Below are positions 1-13,019 of a DNA stretch of 64,000 bases, one piece after another (within the stretch, counting starts at the first letter, position 1; each line of letters opens with the position of its first letter). The stretch is taken from contig OZ024745.1 in assembly GCA_964016885.1 (NCBI GenBank), positions 97,278,001-97,342,000 of the forward strand. The letters are read 5' to 3'. The DNA comes from Eledone cirrhosa (taxonomy: Eukaryota). The notes under the pieces were generated by a model, which worked only from the letters and a program-made list of their open reading frames with translations, was not told the origin of the DNA and made no database searches. A program made the translations under genes and the position numbers.

Positions 1-1645
1 TTTCCCTACCAGGTTCTCGACGACAAGCGCCAACCTCGTCGCTAGCACCTTGGCCAAAATCTTTAACTCTGTGTTCAGCAAAGTTATGGGCCTGAAGTTG
101 TTAATTTCGTCCCCCTTGTTCTCGTCTTTCCTGATCAGCGTTACTATGCCCTTGCCTGCAGAACTGGGAATTCTCTGCTGCCAATTGCAGTAGACGGCTT
201 CGAGGACGCCAGAGAACAAGTCCAGCATGCCTATGTAAAACTCATAGGGTAGACCATCTAGACCGCGTGACTTGCGTCTCCCGCAGCGGCCCAGAGCGTC
301 CCGTATCTCAGTGTCCGTGATCGGTCTTTCGCAGAACTCGGCGTCCGTAATCGAGACTCGGCAGGCCGTCGAGGTATGAACTAAAGTCCATTGCCCCGTT
401 CGGCTCACCGTCATTCTGCTCAAACAGTCGCACAAAGTACTGCTGAAAGGCCGCGCACATTTGCTTGGGGTCAAGTAGTACGCGTCCGTTTTGGTTTTTC
501 AAAGACCGAATCGTGGACTTGTTGCCACTTTTTGCCTCCGCCACTCGGGCCCATCTGACAGCTTTCGCTCCTTCGTTTCCTAGAGCACGTGTTTTGCTTC
601 TGACCACGCAGCCTTCGTGTTTCGCATCGAAGAACTGGTCCAGTGCCGTTCTCGACGCTAACACCCTAGCTGCGTTGCCACTTCTAAGTGCCTCCTCTAC
701 CTTGGCTACTAGTTCTCTTTCTATTTTGTTTTTCTCTAAGGCTAACTCTCTGCTAAACCCTATCGATTCTACTCTAATTGCTTTCTTGAGAGAGTACCAC
801 CATCTATTGTTGACGATGGCTCCCGTTAACTGTTGCTTGACTAGTCTACTTATCCGTTCACTGTAAGCTTTACGTGCCGGCAACGACACGTTCAGCTTCC
901 AGTATCCGGGTCCCTGTCTATGTGTTCTATCACGGTTGACTATGGAGACGACTAATTTGTGAACTGAATAGGCAACCGTGTGCATTCGTGGACAGCTTAA
1001 CATCTCCTTGTCCCTTTCTTTAATGAAGAGCCTATCTAAATACGATCTAGATGTCCCGCTGCGGTTTGCCCACGTCCACTGTGGTGCAGTCGGGAAATCC
1101 AGTCGATACCTATCGGCCAGTTGGAATTGGCCGATTAAAGTTTTGAGGCTGTTGTACCCTCCTCTATTGGGACATGCTCCCACATAGTCCCATCGTGCAT
1201 CTAGGATATCATTCCAGTCCCCCACTAAAAGTAAGGAGCGAGACGTTCCCATAAAAGACTCTAGACGCTTAAAGAAGTTTGGCCGTGATTGCGATTGCCC
1301 GGTCGGGGCATAAACGGCCACCAGTCTGAAGGCTCCACCTCCAATACTGTTCACGTCTAGGACTACCAGTCTACCCTCCGGGTCCAAGTGTACTTGCTGT
1401 ACTTCGACGTCCAGGTTCTTCCGAAACATGACAGTCACTCCCCCGCCACCTCCTGGCTGACAGAGAGATGCGTAGATCTCAAAGTCGTCGAAGATGGGGG
1501 TTAGTTGCTGCCTGTTGTGGATCCTGGATTCGGTGATGGCTATCACATCCATACCGTGTGACCTAAGGTCGTTTAAAAGTTGGCCCTGTTTCCAGGGCAT
1601 CCCTAGGCCACGCACATTCACGCTTCCAAGTCGTAAACTAGCCAT
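1..1645 (-). pseudogene. LINE ORF2: APE endonuclease plus N-terminal RT region, frameshifted near 340
   Basis: APE motifs MASLRLGSVNVRG, VIAITES, LVAVYAP, LLLVGDWN, WTW...SYLDRL and GPGYWKLN. A shifted frame over 1-340 reads KSRGLDGLPYEFY...NFRPITLLNTELKILAKVLATRL, typical of Tx1/L1 RT. Confidence 0.92.
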
Positions 1646-1687
1646 GTTGGTGAAAAAGAGTTGGAGAAAAAGGACGAAAAGATGCAC

Positions 1688-3656
1688 TTACATTTTCGTT
1701 TCCTGGAGATCGGGTTGTTCAATCTCCATTTGGGTGCTGGAGAGGGTGTTGGGTGGGGTGGGGCAACATTTTAACAGGATGCGGTTGATGGGTTTCTGGC
1801 AGGGGTTGTCCACGTCCTGCGAAAATTTATTTTTCAGGTCACTATAGGTCTTCCTAGAAACCCTTATAAGTTTATGGTGTGGAGACGATTCTGCCTTGAC
1901 GAAATATTTGCCCTCCGTCTACACTTTGGGGTTTTGGGAGATGACCTCCATCAAACTCTTGTTGTTTGTGTTGATGTATGCGTATTGTTGTTTGTGTTTT
2001 TGTTGTGTTGTTTCAGTTTGTTGTTCGTCCGGGAGTTTTCTTTTTATGGTGGGTGCTTGTGTTTGGGGTGGTGTTGGTGTTGGTTTTGCTGGTAGGGGGA
2101 TGTTTGACTGTGGTGTTATTTGTGTTGTTGTTTGTGTCTGTGGTTGTGTGTTGGTGTTGGTGATTAGAGTTTGGGGGGTTTTGTGGTGTCTCTTTTTTTT
2201 GTTTTTTAAATTTCCGAGGCTCTCCCTCTTCTTCACTTAAAGAAGGAGAAGCAGCCTCATCTGTCGGTGAATAATCATCGTCAGGAGTGTGGGGTAGGGG
2301 TATATTGTGTGGTGGTGGTGGTGTTTCGGTGTGTGTGTTTGCGGTAGTGTTTGATGAAGTGGGATGGGGTGGGGCTGTGTTCTTCAGTGGTGTTGTCTGG
2401 GTTTTTCTGTTGTTGTTGGTAGAGTGGCTGTTTGTTTTGGTGTGTTTGGCTTGTTTTCGTGAGTTGTTGTGGTTGTGGTGGTGGTTGTTTTGGTGTTGGT
2501 GTTGGTAACAGTGTTTTCTTTTGTATTGTTTTGATTGAGCGTGTTTGTAAAGAGCATGAGGCCTTTAGGTGTGTGGTGCTATTGCAACGAAAGCAATGTG
2601 GTTTTCGTACCTCCACCGAAATGTTTATGTGGCTGTTGTTGTCCACCAGCACTTTTTCTGGTATTTTGGGGATTCTTTCCGGGCTCATTTGCACCAAAAT
2701 CTCCAAATCCTGCCAATATCCACCAAATATTAATATTTGGTGGTATGTTTAAAACTCTAATTTTTTGTGTCCTGTTTCCCCGCTATGTAGGGAAAAATGT
2801 GTATTTCTGTGACAGTATTGGCGTCACTGAGTATCTTTGTGTAAGGGCCTCACTTTTGAGGAGTACCGAAATACTCCCGTACTGTTTGGCCCTCTGCATA
2901 AAGTCAATGTCTGGCAATATCTCCTTCAAGGTTGCCTCAATTTCCCCTTGACTGAGGAATGCTGGTCATTTTGTTTCATTGGAAACAGTTCTGAAGGTAA
3001 TTATCCTTCGAAATGATTCCAGACGAATTTCTGGGGGTGAATTTATCTGAAATCCCCCGTTTTCACCGAAAGTGATAAACACCTTTGCTTCAGAGAGCAT
3101 CTGTTTCGCATTGGAGATATCGAGATCTTTGAACACTTGTGTCTTGATGACTGTTTGCGCAAAAGTTTTTTTGGTGTTGTTATTATTGTTGTTGTTGTGG
3201 TTGTCGGTTTTTCCGTTTGTAGTTGTGTCAATGGTTTTATTTTCTGTTGTTTTTTCTGTCTGTTGTACCATGTGTGGTTCGATCTTGTTTTTATTTGTGT
3301 TGTCCATATTGGTTTCTATGATAACGCCAATACATGCGGAGTTAGAGGTAACGTTATTATTATTTGTGACTGATTTTGTAAAAGTTTTTTTTTTTCGTGT
3401 TGTTGTTGTTGTTGTTTTTGTCGAGTTTTCCGTTTATAGTTGTGTCAATTGTTTTTTCTGTTGATTTTGGTGTCTGTTGTACAGTGTGGTTCACTGTGTG
3501 GTTCAATCTTCTTTGTGTTGTCTACTTCACTTGCGTTACACAAAACTTTGTTGTTAACTACATCGATACAGGAAAGTTCTTAGCAACGTTAAAGTCTATT
3601 TCTTCTTTTCTGTTTCCTTCTTCAACGTTCGTTAGCGTTCTTTGTACGCTTGCCAT
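1688..3656 (-). pseudogene. LINE ORF1 (gag-like, CCHC zinc knuckle), broken by frameshifts and stops
   Basis: Fragments 2966-3307, 2281-2706 (CFRCNSTTHLKASC = CX2CX4HX4C) and 1919-2236 (T/Q/P-rich) lie directly upstream of ORF2. The start at 3656 is a best guess. Confidence 0.75.
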
Positions 3657-3874
3657 AGCTGATGGCAAAATATTAAAAAAATTTAACAGTTTTCAAATTA
3701 ATTTTAAATTAAATTATCGCCCCTGTGGGGGCGAAAAATGACATTGCCACCCACCTGACAATTCAGCCTGGGAGTTAATCTACAAAACAATGTGTTTTTT
3801 TAAACAAGAATTTCTATTTTTGGTAAATAAATTGACAGAAACTTACCAACAAAATTGTGTGCGTCCAGCTACCG

Positions 3875-3980
<106 letters not shown>

Positions 3981-3982
3981 AA

Positions 3983-4650
3983 GTGCATGTCTGTGTGTGC
4001 GTGTATTTGAAACGATATTATGTTGGCATACTTTGACAGAGCTGCATGTTCACTGTTTTGTCAAGTGCATATGTGTGTGCATGTGTGCACGCGTTTATGT
4101 ATGTATATGTGTGAAGGTGTGTGTATGTGTGTGCATATGCGTGTCATTGTGTGTGAGCGTGTGGGCGTGCGTTTATGTATGTATATGTGTGAGCGTGTGC
4201 GTATGTGTGTGCATGTGTGTGCATGTGGATGTGCATGTGTGTGCATGTGGGTGTGCATGTGTGTGTGCATGTGTGTGTGCATGTGTGCACGCGTTTATGT
4301 ATGTATATGTGTGAGCGTGTGCGTATGTGTGTGCGTATGCGTGTCATTGTGTGTGAGCATGTGTGCGTGCGTTTATGTATGTATATGTGTGAGCGTGTGC
4401 GTATGTGTGTGCATGTGTGCATGCGTTTATGTATGTATATGTGCGAGTGTGTGCGTATGTGTGTGTATATGTGTGCATGTATGCGCATGTGTGCACGCAT
4501 TTATGTATGTGTATGTGTGAGCGTATGCGTATGTGTGGGCGTATGCGTGTTCATGTGCGTGTGCATGTGTGTGAGCGTGTGTGCGCGCGTTTATGTACAT
4601 ATATGTGTGTGTGTGCGTGTGCATGTGTGTGAGCGTGTGAGTATGTATGT
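3983..4650. repeat. Compound (TG)/(TGCA)/(TATG)-rich cryptic microsatellite
   Basis: Degenerate TG-based repeats with recurring higher-order blocks. The overlapping ORFs are artefacts. Confidence 0.95.
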
Positions 4651-5304
4651 TTGTGTCCAGGTTTGACATTGATGAATGTCAAGCTAACAATAGTATGTAT
4701 TTTTAAGACCCACGTTTATATTATAACATTTCCTTTGAATCTTAGTTTTATAGTATTTGGCACCGTAAAGGGGGGGGGGGGGGCCTTTTGTACTTTCCAT
4801 ACCCTTTGTGGTTTCCTTAGTCAAATGGTAAGTTTATATATACTACAGTTTACGTTCATTTGTTAGTAGACATGAGTTTCTTTAGGAGAAAGCATAGTTT
4901 TAGGATTATTAATATAATTGTATGTGCTTCCTATTTATGATTCATTGAGCTAAGATGACGTCATCAATATCGCTATTCCTCTTCTTCTATTTAGTTGCTT
5001 TTTTATTATTTCAATCTTTATAGAGCTATGGTATATGTTTTTGTTCTTTTTATATTTGTTTTATCTAGTTTATTTTATTTATTTTTTTGTTTTTTGTTGG
5101 TGTTGTTTTGTTTTGTTTAGTTTTGTTTTCAAATCGGGTTTATATAAATGTTTCTAAATTTTAAAAAATTGCTTCTATTCATCGTTTAGCCGCTGCTGTT
5201 GTCCAATTATTTTAGTTCTCTCGGGTTTCTGAATGTGGAAAAAGTAGTTTTAGCTTTTGAAGTTATGTGAGTGTGTGGGCTAGTGTATAAAAGCAAGGCT
5301 TAGT

Positions 5305-5427
<123 letters not shown>

Positions 5428-5484
5428 TATATATATATAATATTATTGTTTCTACTATTGGCACAAGGCCAGAAATTATACTCT

Positions 5485-5518
<34 letters not shown>

Positions 5519-5524
5519 ATAATA

Positions 5525-6305
<781 letters not shown>

Positions 6306-6383
6306 CGGCGATGAATTAGTTTAGCGAGTGTGTTCTGTTATTAATTCTGGCAATATTACGCAAATATGACCTTCCCCAAGTAT

Positions 6384-6423
<40 letters not shown>

Positions 6424-6469
6424 AATAGACCTGCTACTATATATATGTACATATTTCTCTCCCTCTCTC

Positions 6470-6502
<33 letters not shown>

Positions 6503-6791
6503 TTATATGGGTGTGTGTGTGTGTGTGCGTGTGTGTTTGTGTGTATGTATGTGTGTGTGTATGCATGTGTGCGTGTGTGTGTGTGTGCGTGTGTAAGTGA
6601 GTGTGTGTGTGTATATATATGTATAATGGATGAATATGTTCTAGAACGTTATGTTATACTGCTAACACGTTTCTACAAGAATGGGAAAAATAAAAATGGT
6701 GACAAACTTCTCTGAAGCTCTATTTTGTAATCTCCGCATTGACTCAAGGAATTTCCATGTATGTCCATATACACAGACACACAGACAGACA

Positions 6792-6886
<95 letters not shown>

Positions 6887-6916
6887 AGATCAAAAGATGG
6901 TTAAAAGAGTTCCATG

Positions 6917-6987
6917 TATTTTATTATGCGCATTTCAAAAACAAATATCATCATGCAATAACATTTGCGTTTTCGTCAGATAAAATA
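6917..6987 (-). ncRNA. Type I hammerhead ribozyme (family A, antisense copy)
   Basis: Reverse complement of 7117-7187. Confidence 0.8.
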
Positions 6988-7116
6988 GGGAGACATGATA
7001 TGAAGGTTAAAAAATACTTGTGAATAGTGCAGTTTTAAATCAATATATGTTGAGAATATGTTGATTTAAAACTGCACTATTCACAAGTGTGTTTTAACCT
7101 TCATATCATGTCTCCC

Positions 7117-7187
7117 TATTTTATCTGACGAAAACGCAAATGTTATTGCATGATGATATTTGTTTTTGAAATGCGCATAATAAAATA
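7117..7187 (+). ncRNA. Type I hammerhead ribozyme (family A)
   Basis: Stem I TATTTTAT/ATAAAATA; core CTGACGA; long hairpin stem II; GAA; palindromic helix III ATGCGCAT; cleavage base A7179. Confidence 0.82.
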
Positions 7188-7303
7188 CATTGGAACTCTT
7201 TTGATCTTATATATTATTTATACTCCAGTCCTACAAACTGTAGAGTGCTACTTATCCGATATCTGCATTGCTTTATTGTACTACAATAAAACTCACCTCC
7301 TAC

Positions 7304-7337
<34 letters not shown>

Positions 7338-7338
<1 letters not shown>

Positions 7339-7366
7339 CAGGGTGTTCCCAAAAGAATGTATACAG
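7338..7366 (+). mobile_element. Tc1/mariner-type terminal inverted repeat fragment
   Basis: TA-CAGGGTGTTCCCAAAAGAATGTATACA; similar motifs occur at 7572, at 7705-7729 (reverse) and at 12049-12078 (reverse). Confidence 0.55.
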
Positions 7367-7468
7367 GTATAGATTACCTGTACAGACAATATTTATTAGA
7401 ATACACAGCCTTTGCCCAAAAAATAAAATGATCTACAAACATAATTCAATTGTATGTAAACAGACTTT

Positions 7469-7768
<300 letters not shown>

Positions 7769-7775
<7 letters not shown>

Positions 7776-8050
7776 AAAGTCTGTCTTAAGCCAGAAGGCT
7801 CATTTGGCCGGTGTTTATCCCGGTTTCGTGGAATGAAGCGACTGAGAGTACAAGATTCCCCCCTGGACAGGACGCCAGTCCATCGCAGGGTTAAACCTCC
7901 AGCTATTGCTGTTACTCATTTTCAGCTGTGTATACTGGAGCAACGTGAAATGAAGTGTTTTGCTCAAGAACACAACACACAGCACAGAAATCGAGCCCAC
8001 GACATTATGATCGTAAGTCCAACACCCTTACCACTAGGCCACGTGCCTCC
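7769..8050 (-). mobile_element. tRNA-derived SINE, near full length
   Basis: Minus strand has an A-box TGGCCTAGTGG, a B-box-like GGCTCGATTTC, a central GTGTTCTTGAGCAAAACACTT motif, CCCTGCGATGGACTGGCG and a (ctttaga)n tail. A partial copy lies at 39775-39960. Confidence 0.85.
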
Positions 8051-8052
8051 AC

Positions 8053-8083
<31 letters not shown>

Positions 8084-8229
8084 ATATATAATATAAATAA
8101 TATATAATATATATATATATATATAATATATATATATATATTGTGGAGAGGGAATAAAATAAAAATATACATAAATTAATATTCGTAAATTGGGATTTTC
8201 AAGCACACGAAAAATTGTTCTATACTAAA

Positions 8230-8612
8230 GTAGAGTATCACAAATATTGCCATTCTTTGACGCATAGAGTTACGGCCCTTGCCATTCTGAGTTCAAATCC
8301 CGCCGAGGTTAACTTTGCCTTTCATCCTTACGGGGTCGATAAAATAAAGTACCAGTAATACACTGGGTAATTGCTGGCCTTGTGCCTAACGTAGAAACAA
8401 TTATATTAAAATGAAGGGCAGTGGCTTGGAAGGACCGGTTGAGCGTCGGACAACGTGTTTTACGGCAGATAGTTACGGTCCTTTATGATCTGAGTTCAAA
8501 TTCCGCCGAGATTAGCTTTGCCTTTCATCTTTAAGGGGTCGATAAAATAAAGTACCAGTAAGGCACTAGGGTAATTGCTGGCCTTGTGCCAAAAGTAGAA
8601 ACAATTATATTA
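8230..8612 (+). mobile_element. Two tandem copies of the most abundant tRNA-derived SINE family
   Basis: B-box GAGTTCAAATCCC followed by TTTGCCTTTCATCCTT..GGGGTCGATAAAATAAAGTACCAG and a TTGCTGGCCTTGTGCC..TAGAAACAATTAT tail; more than 10 copies in the window. Confidence 0.85.
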
Positions 8613-9434
8613 CTGAGATGACATTTTAGCGTTACTCTGAGTTTCGAATCTGTCTGCAGGTTACCCAACGTTTCCCTGATCAACGAGCTATCTCAAAGCT
8701 CGGGGTAGAATCAGATAGCAATGTCTTGAAATATAATGTATATCTACATAAATAATATTTGAAGAAATGTAGAAGAGAATGTATAAATATAGATACGGAT
8801 TTATATGAATGTAAGTTTAATTCTATGTAAATAGATAGATAAGCTGCTATTTAGAAGACAAATCACATATGCCAGTTAAATATGGGAATATGTATTCAGC
8901 TGCTTGCTATAACTTAGTCAATGCTGAACATTTTTAAGAGATAAAAACGTTTTTAATACTGCTCAAAGTGCCTCAGGTATTGTACATTGAAATTTCCTAT
9001 GAAGAGTCTATCTTCAACAAAATATAAAATATTATAAAATATGAATACTATATATTAAAGTATTATAAAAAAAAATATTTTAAAGATCCAGTAAACTAAA
9101 ATTTAAATATCAAAAATATAAACAAATTTATTTAAATACGGAAAATATATAATAAGCAAAGTATGTGATAATATTAAGTATACAAGACAGGCAATTTTAA
9201 AATATATGTATATTTGTTAACATACATACGTACGTACGTACGTACGTACATGCAAACATATGTACGTACGTACAGGCATACATACGTACATACATATATA
9301 CATGCATACATATATATATATATATATGCAATATATAATATAATATAATAAAATATAATATTATATATATATATATATATGATAAACACACACATATATA
9401 TATAATATACACACACACATATATAATATGATAT

Positions 9435-9468
<34 letters not shown>

Positions 9469-9561
9469 CGTGTGTATATACATATAGATACATACATACA
9501 CAGACACATATTTGAACCTAAATTCTAAGCCAGAATTCAACCGTTTCGCTCAGACATAATA

Positions 9562-9604
9562 AGTGTGTGTGTGTGTGTGTGTGTGGCGCGTTTCTATGTC
9601 AGGT

Positions 9605-9651
<47 letters not shown>

Positions 9652-9669
9652 CGCGTTTCTATGTCAGGT

Positions 9670-9718
<49 letters not shown>

Positions 9719-9736
9719 CGCGTTTCTATGTCAGGT

Positions 9737-9795
<59 letters not shown>
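9562..9795. repeat. Compound minisatellite [(TG)n-GCGCGTTTCTATGTCAGGT-(TA)n] x3
   Basis: Identical non-simple core repeated three times between microsatellite tracts. Confidence 0.9.
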
Positions 9796-9798
<3 letters not shown>

Positions 9799-9877
9799 CA
9801 TTCATACAAAAACACATATACACTTATAAAAGAAAGTTGTGAGAGCAATCGATTTTTTTTCACACATCTTTCGCCAG

Positions 9878-9928
9878 ATACAAAGAGAACGATAATCAGC
9901 GCTATTGTGTTCAGTCAACCAGAACATG
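9878..9928 (+). CDS. Possible short internal exon (51 bp) of the host gene
   Basis: Polypyrimidine tract plus CAG acceptor, G|GTAATG donor, length divisible by 3, open in two frames. No recognisable domain. Confidence 0.25.
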
Positions 9929-10114
9929 GTAATGTCTATTTGGTTTTAGAGAACCTATAAAATTTCTTGAAACCTTTTTCTTATTACAAAACGTTTCAAC
10001 CTTTCTTTTCTCACTATCTTTTTTATTTTTATTTTTATTTTTTTTTTAACTTTTCCTTATGATTTCAATTTAATTCTTGCCCTATCTGCGTACCTTCCTT
10101 TCCCCCACCTGCTT

Positions 10115-10165
10115 CCTCGCTCTCTCTCTCACTCTCTCTTTCTCACTTTCTCTCTCTCATGTACA

Positions 10166-10201
<36 letters not shown>

Positions 10202-10278
10202 TTCTCTCTTTCTCACTCTCTCTCTCTCTCTCTTTCTCTTTCTCTATCTCTCTCTGTCTCTCTCTCTCACTTTTTCTT

Positions 10279-10340
<62 letters not shown>

Positions 10341-10428
10341 CCTCTCTCTTTATTTCTCTCTCTCTCTCTTTCTCTCTCTCTCACACACACTCTCTCTCTC
10401 TTACACACACACACTTTCTCTCTTTCTC

Positions 10429-10462
<34 letters not shown>

Positions 10463-10465
10463 CCC

Positions 10466-10497
<32 letters not shown>

Positions 10498-10562
10498 TCT
10501 CCTTTATGATTCTTTCTCTATCTCCCTCTCTCTCTCTTCTCCTTTATTATTCTTTCTCTATA

Positions 10563-10593
<31 letters not shown>

Positions 10594-10610
10594 CTCTTCT
10601 TCTTTATTAT

Positions 10611-10680
<70 letters not shown>

Positions 10681-10690
10681 TTTATTATTC
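10115..10690. repeat. (CT)n-rich polypyrimidine microsatellite
   Basis: Long imperfect CT tract. Confidence 0.97.
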
Positions 10691-11547
10691 TAATCAGTAT
10701 TTTAAAGTACTTTCATTACACCGTTATGAAAGTACTTTTAAAAATAGTAATTAGAACAATGCGGTGTTCCCTAATAAATTTACTGCGTTCTTGTTTTATC
10801 TTCAAATCAACTTAATATCACTTTTGTTGTTAATAATATTCCACTCGATCCCAGAATGTGACTGGTACTCAATTTTATTTACCCCAGAAGCATCAACCCC
10901 CCCCCCCCCCCCCCCCCCGTATCGTCATTTACCACTCATTCCATGATTTTACGAAATTTGTATGCTGCAAATACGAATTTGCATATCAGAGTGGACACAA
11001 TACGTTACGTAGTGAATAAATGGTTTGTGTGGGAACACAAAAAATGCTCCGAACGGTGCAGTTTCATTGTCACATCCTTTGAGCAGTTGATGCATAAGGA
11101 AAACATTGTGCACAGAAGCCACGTTTTATTTCCAAAAAAAATTCAATTAAGTCTACTTAGTCAGGACCGCCAGGCTGAATTATCAACGAAGTTCAGTCAG
11201 GAATTCTAGCGAAGAAATCTGTCCATAATACCAGCAGAACAAAACATAAACCCACTATAGCAGTGGTAGTCGTTTTACAATATGGTAACATCACAAGACT
11301 TTCTAATGAGAAAGGTTGTCAAATTCCCTCATTAGAACAAAGCACACTAATGGCAATTAAATTCAAGCAGTTTGAAAATCTCGCCGTAGATCTCAACCAA
11401 GGCAGTTATATAAACAACAAAACAGAAATGCAGATATATAGATTCAAATTAATATAAGAAACACACACGCGCGCGCGCAACCCGTCTATGAACCGGGAGA
11501 AACGAAAAAGGACGCGCGGCGCGTTCGGCGGCATTAGAGCGAAAATT

Positions 11548-11591
<44 letters not shown>

Positions 11592-11640
11592 CACATATAA
11601 AAATAAAATTTTCGCTCTACATGGCTGAATACAATAAAAG

Positions 11641-12013
11641 TAATCTGAGTTTTTCGAATATTAATAATAATATTCGATTCGTTTGGAATTATGCAAACAA
11701 GCCTCATTTTAAAGCCACGTCAGAAGAATGAGCCCCTCATTCTTGCTCTTGTGTTGGCATGTAAACAGAACTGGAGACACTAATGTTTCTGGGTATCACT
11801 CTTCATCAGTACAGGTCACTGTTCACCTGTACAGTGAAGTGTAATGATGAAGGATAATACCCAGAAACATTAGTGTCGCCAGTTCTGTTCACATGCCAAT
11901 GCAAGGGCAAGAATGAGGGGCTCATTCTCCTGACGTGGCTTTAAAAATGAGGCTTGTTTGCATAATTGCAAACGAATCGAATATTATTATTAATATTCGA
12001 AAAACTCAGATTA
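11641..12013. mobile_element. ORF-less palindromic cassette (inverted pLTR-like repeat) with degenerate hammerheads near the centre
   Basis: Imperfect inverted arms of about 170 bp ending in (TA)n. The same family recurs at about 49180-49535. Confidence 0.8.
11768..11817 (-). ncRNA. Degenerate type I hammerhead ribozyme (family B)
   Basis: Minus strand reads GACCTGTA-CTGATGA-AGAGTGATACCCA-GAA-ACATTAGTGT-C-TCCAGTTC, with stem I 6/8 paired and stem II decayed. The + arm copy (11844-11877) has the core ATGATGA. Confidence 0.55.
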
Positions 12014-12401
12014 TATTTATATATACATACATATATATATATATTGCAATGTGTATACATTTTGGGGGATGCCCTGTATATATATATATATATGTGCGTG
12101 TGTGTGTCTGTGTGTGGGGGCGTGTATTGTGGCTATGTGATGAGTCGTGTTAATCTGGAGTTTCACCTGTGCACTCACGGGAACATCAGACAAGCGCATA
12201 CTTGGAATATTGATACAAATAATGATGATATTTCATAAAACGAAAAGATTAAGGAGTTGTGGAAATTAGTATAATCGGCAATAGGTTCAGTGGTTGATTG
12301 TGACTTGTAAGAATGGACTCCATGTTGTTTGAGCGCTAAAATTACATAACTAAACGAACTTCATATTAAAAGAGAATTCTTCTAACCATTTTTAAATCTA
12401 G

Positions 12402-12524
12402 GCAAAAGTTTGGCGGATAAGACACAGGCGACTTCTGCACACTCTTACAGGACACTCTGGTGCTGTATTTGCCGGAGATCTGAACGAAAACGGTTCACAA
12501 GCGGTCACTGGTTCCTCAGATAAG
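12402..12524 (+). CDS. Internal exon of a host WD40-repeat protein gene
   Basis: Acceptor ttttaaatctAG and donor AG|GTAAGT; 123 bp, phase 0-0; translates AKVWRIRHRRLLHTLTGHSGAVFAGDLNENGSQAVTGSSDK, a canonical WD40 pattern (KVW...L.GH...V......VTGS.DK). Not in the ORF track. Confidence 0.88.
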
Positions 12525-12633
12525 GTAAGTGTTGATCAAAGAATTTCTTAAAGTATATATACATATATATATATATATATAGATATAGATAGGTAAATAT
12601 ACACGGGTGTGTATGATTGTGTATAGAAGATTA

Positions 12634-12957
12634 TATTAATAAGAGGAATTCCAACTTTGTCTGATTTACTCGTTTTATTTACAATCCTTTAAAATATATA
12701 TAATATGGTATTATAATGAAATAGTATGATAGAATATTAAATTCTAAGTGTTAATTGAACAAGTACTTTCATGCTTTCGCAATCTTCAGGTTCATGATGT
12801 GTGGTGACAGTCGAGTTTGCAATTTTCACAGTTGAAATTAACACTTAGAATTTAATATTCTATCATACTATTTCATTATAATACCATATTATATATATTT
12901 TAAAGGATTGTAAATAAAACGAGTAAATCAGACAAAGTTGGAATTCCTCTTATTAAT
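12634..12957. mobile_element. ORF-less palindromic cassette with a hammerhead in the loop
   Basis: Essentially perfect inverted arms of about 120 bp (12634-12756 and 12836-12957) around an 80-bp spacer, followed by (TA)n. Confidence 0.88.
12756..12794 (-). ncRNA. Minimal type I hammerhead ribozyme (family C)
   Basis: Minus strand reads TGAAC-CTGAAGA-T-TGC-GAAA-GCA-T-GAA-AGTACT-T-GTTCA: 5-bp stem I, GNRA-capped stem II, palindromic helix III. Confidence 0.88.
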
Positions 12958-12982
12958 ACATATATATATATATGTGTGTGTG

Positions 12983-13019
<37 letters not shown>

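Larger units (their letters stand above)
1..3873 (-). mobile_element. Tx1/L1-clade non-LTR retrotransposon (5' UTR, ORF1, start of ORF2); runs off the left window edge
   Basis: Minus strand carries a zinc-knuckle ORF1 followed by APE endonuclease and RT motifs. The 5' end abuts a (GATA)n tract. Confidence 0.9.
6882..7215. mobile_element. ORF-less palindromic cassette (inverted pLTR-like repeat) with a hammerhead in each arm
   Basis: Arms of about 160 bp (6882-7046 and 7058-7215) are reverse complements; the cassette starts at a (TA)n tract. Confidence 0.85.

Noticed and set aside
4661-4692. Possible micro-exon reading FDIDECQANN (EGF-like start) between CAG and GTATGT
   Set aside because: Only 32 bp, weak polypyrimidine tract, no continuation found; could be chance
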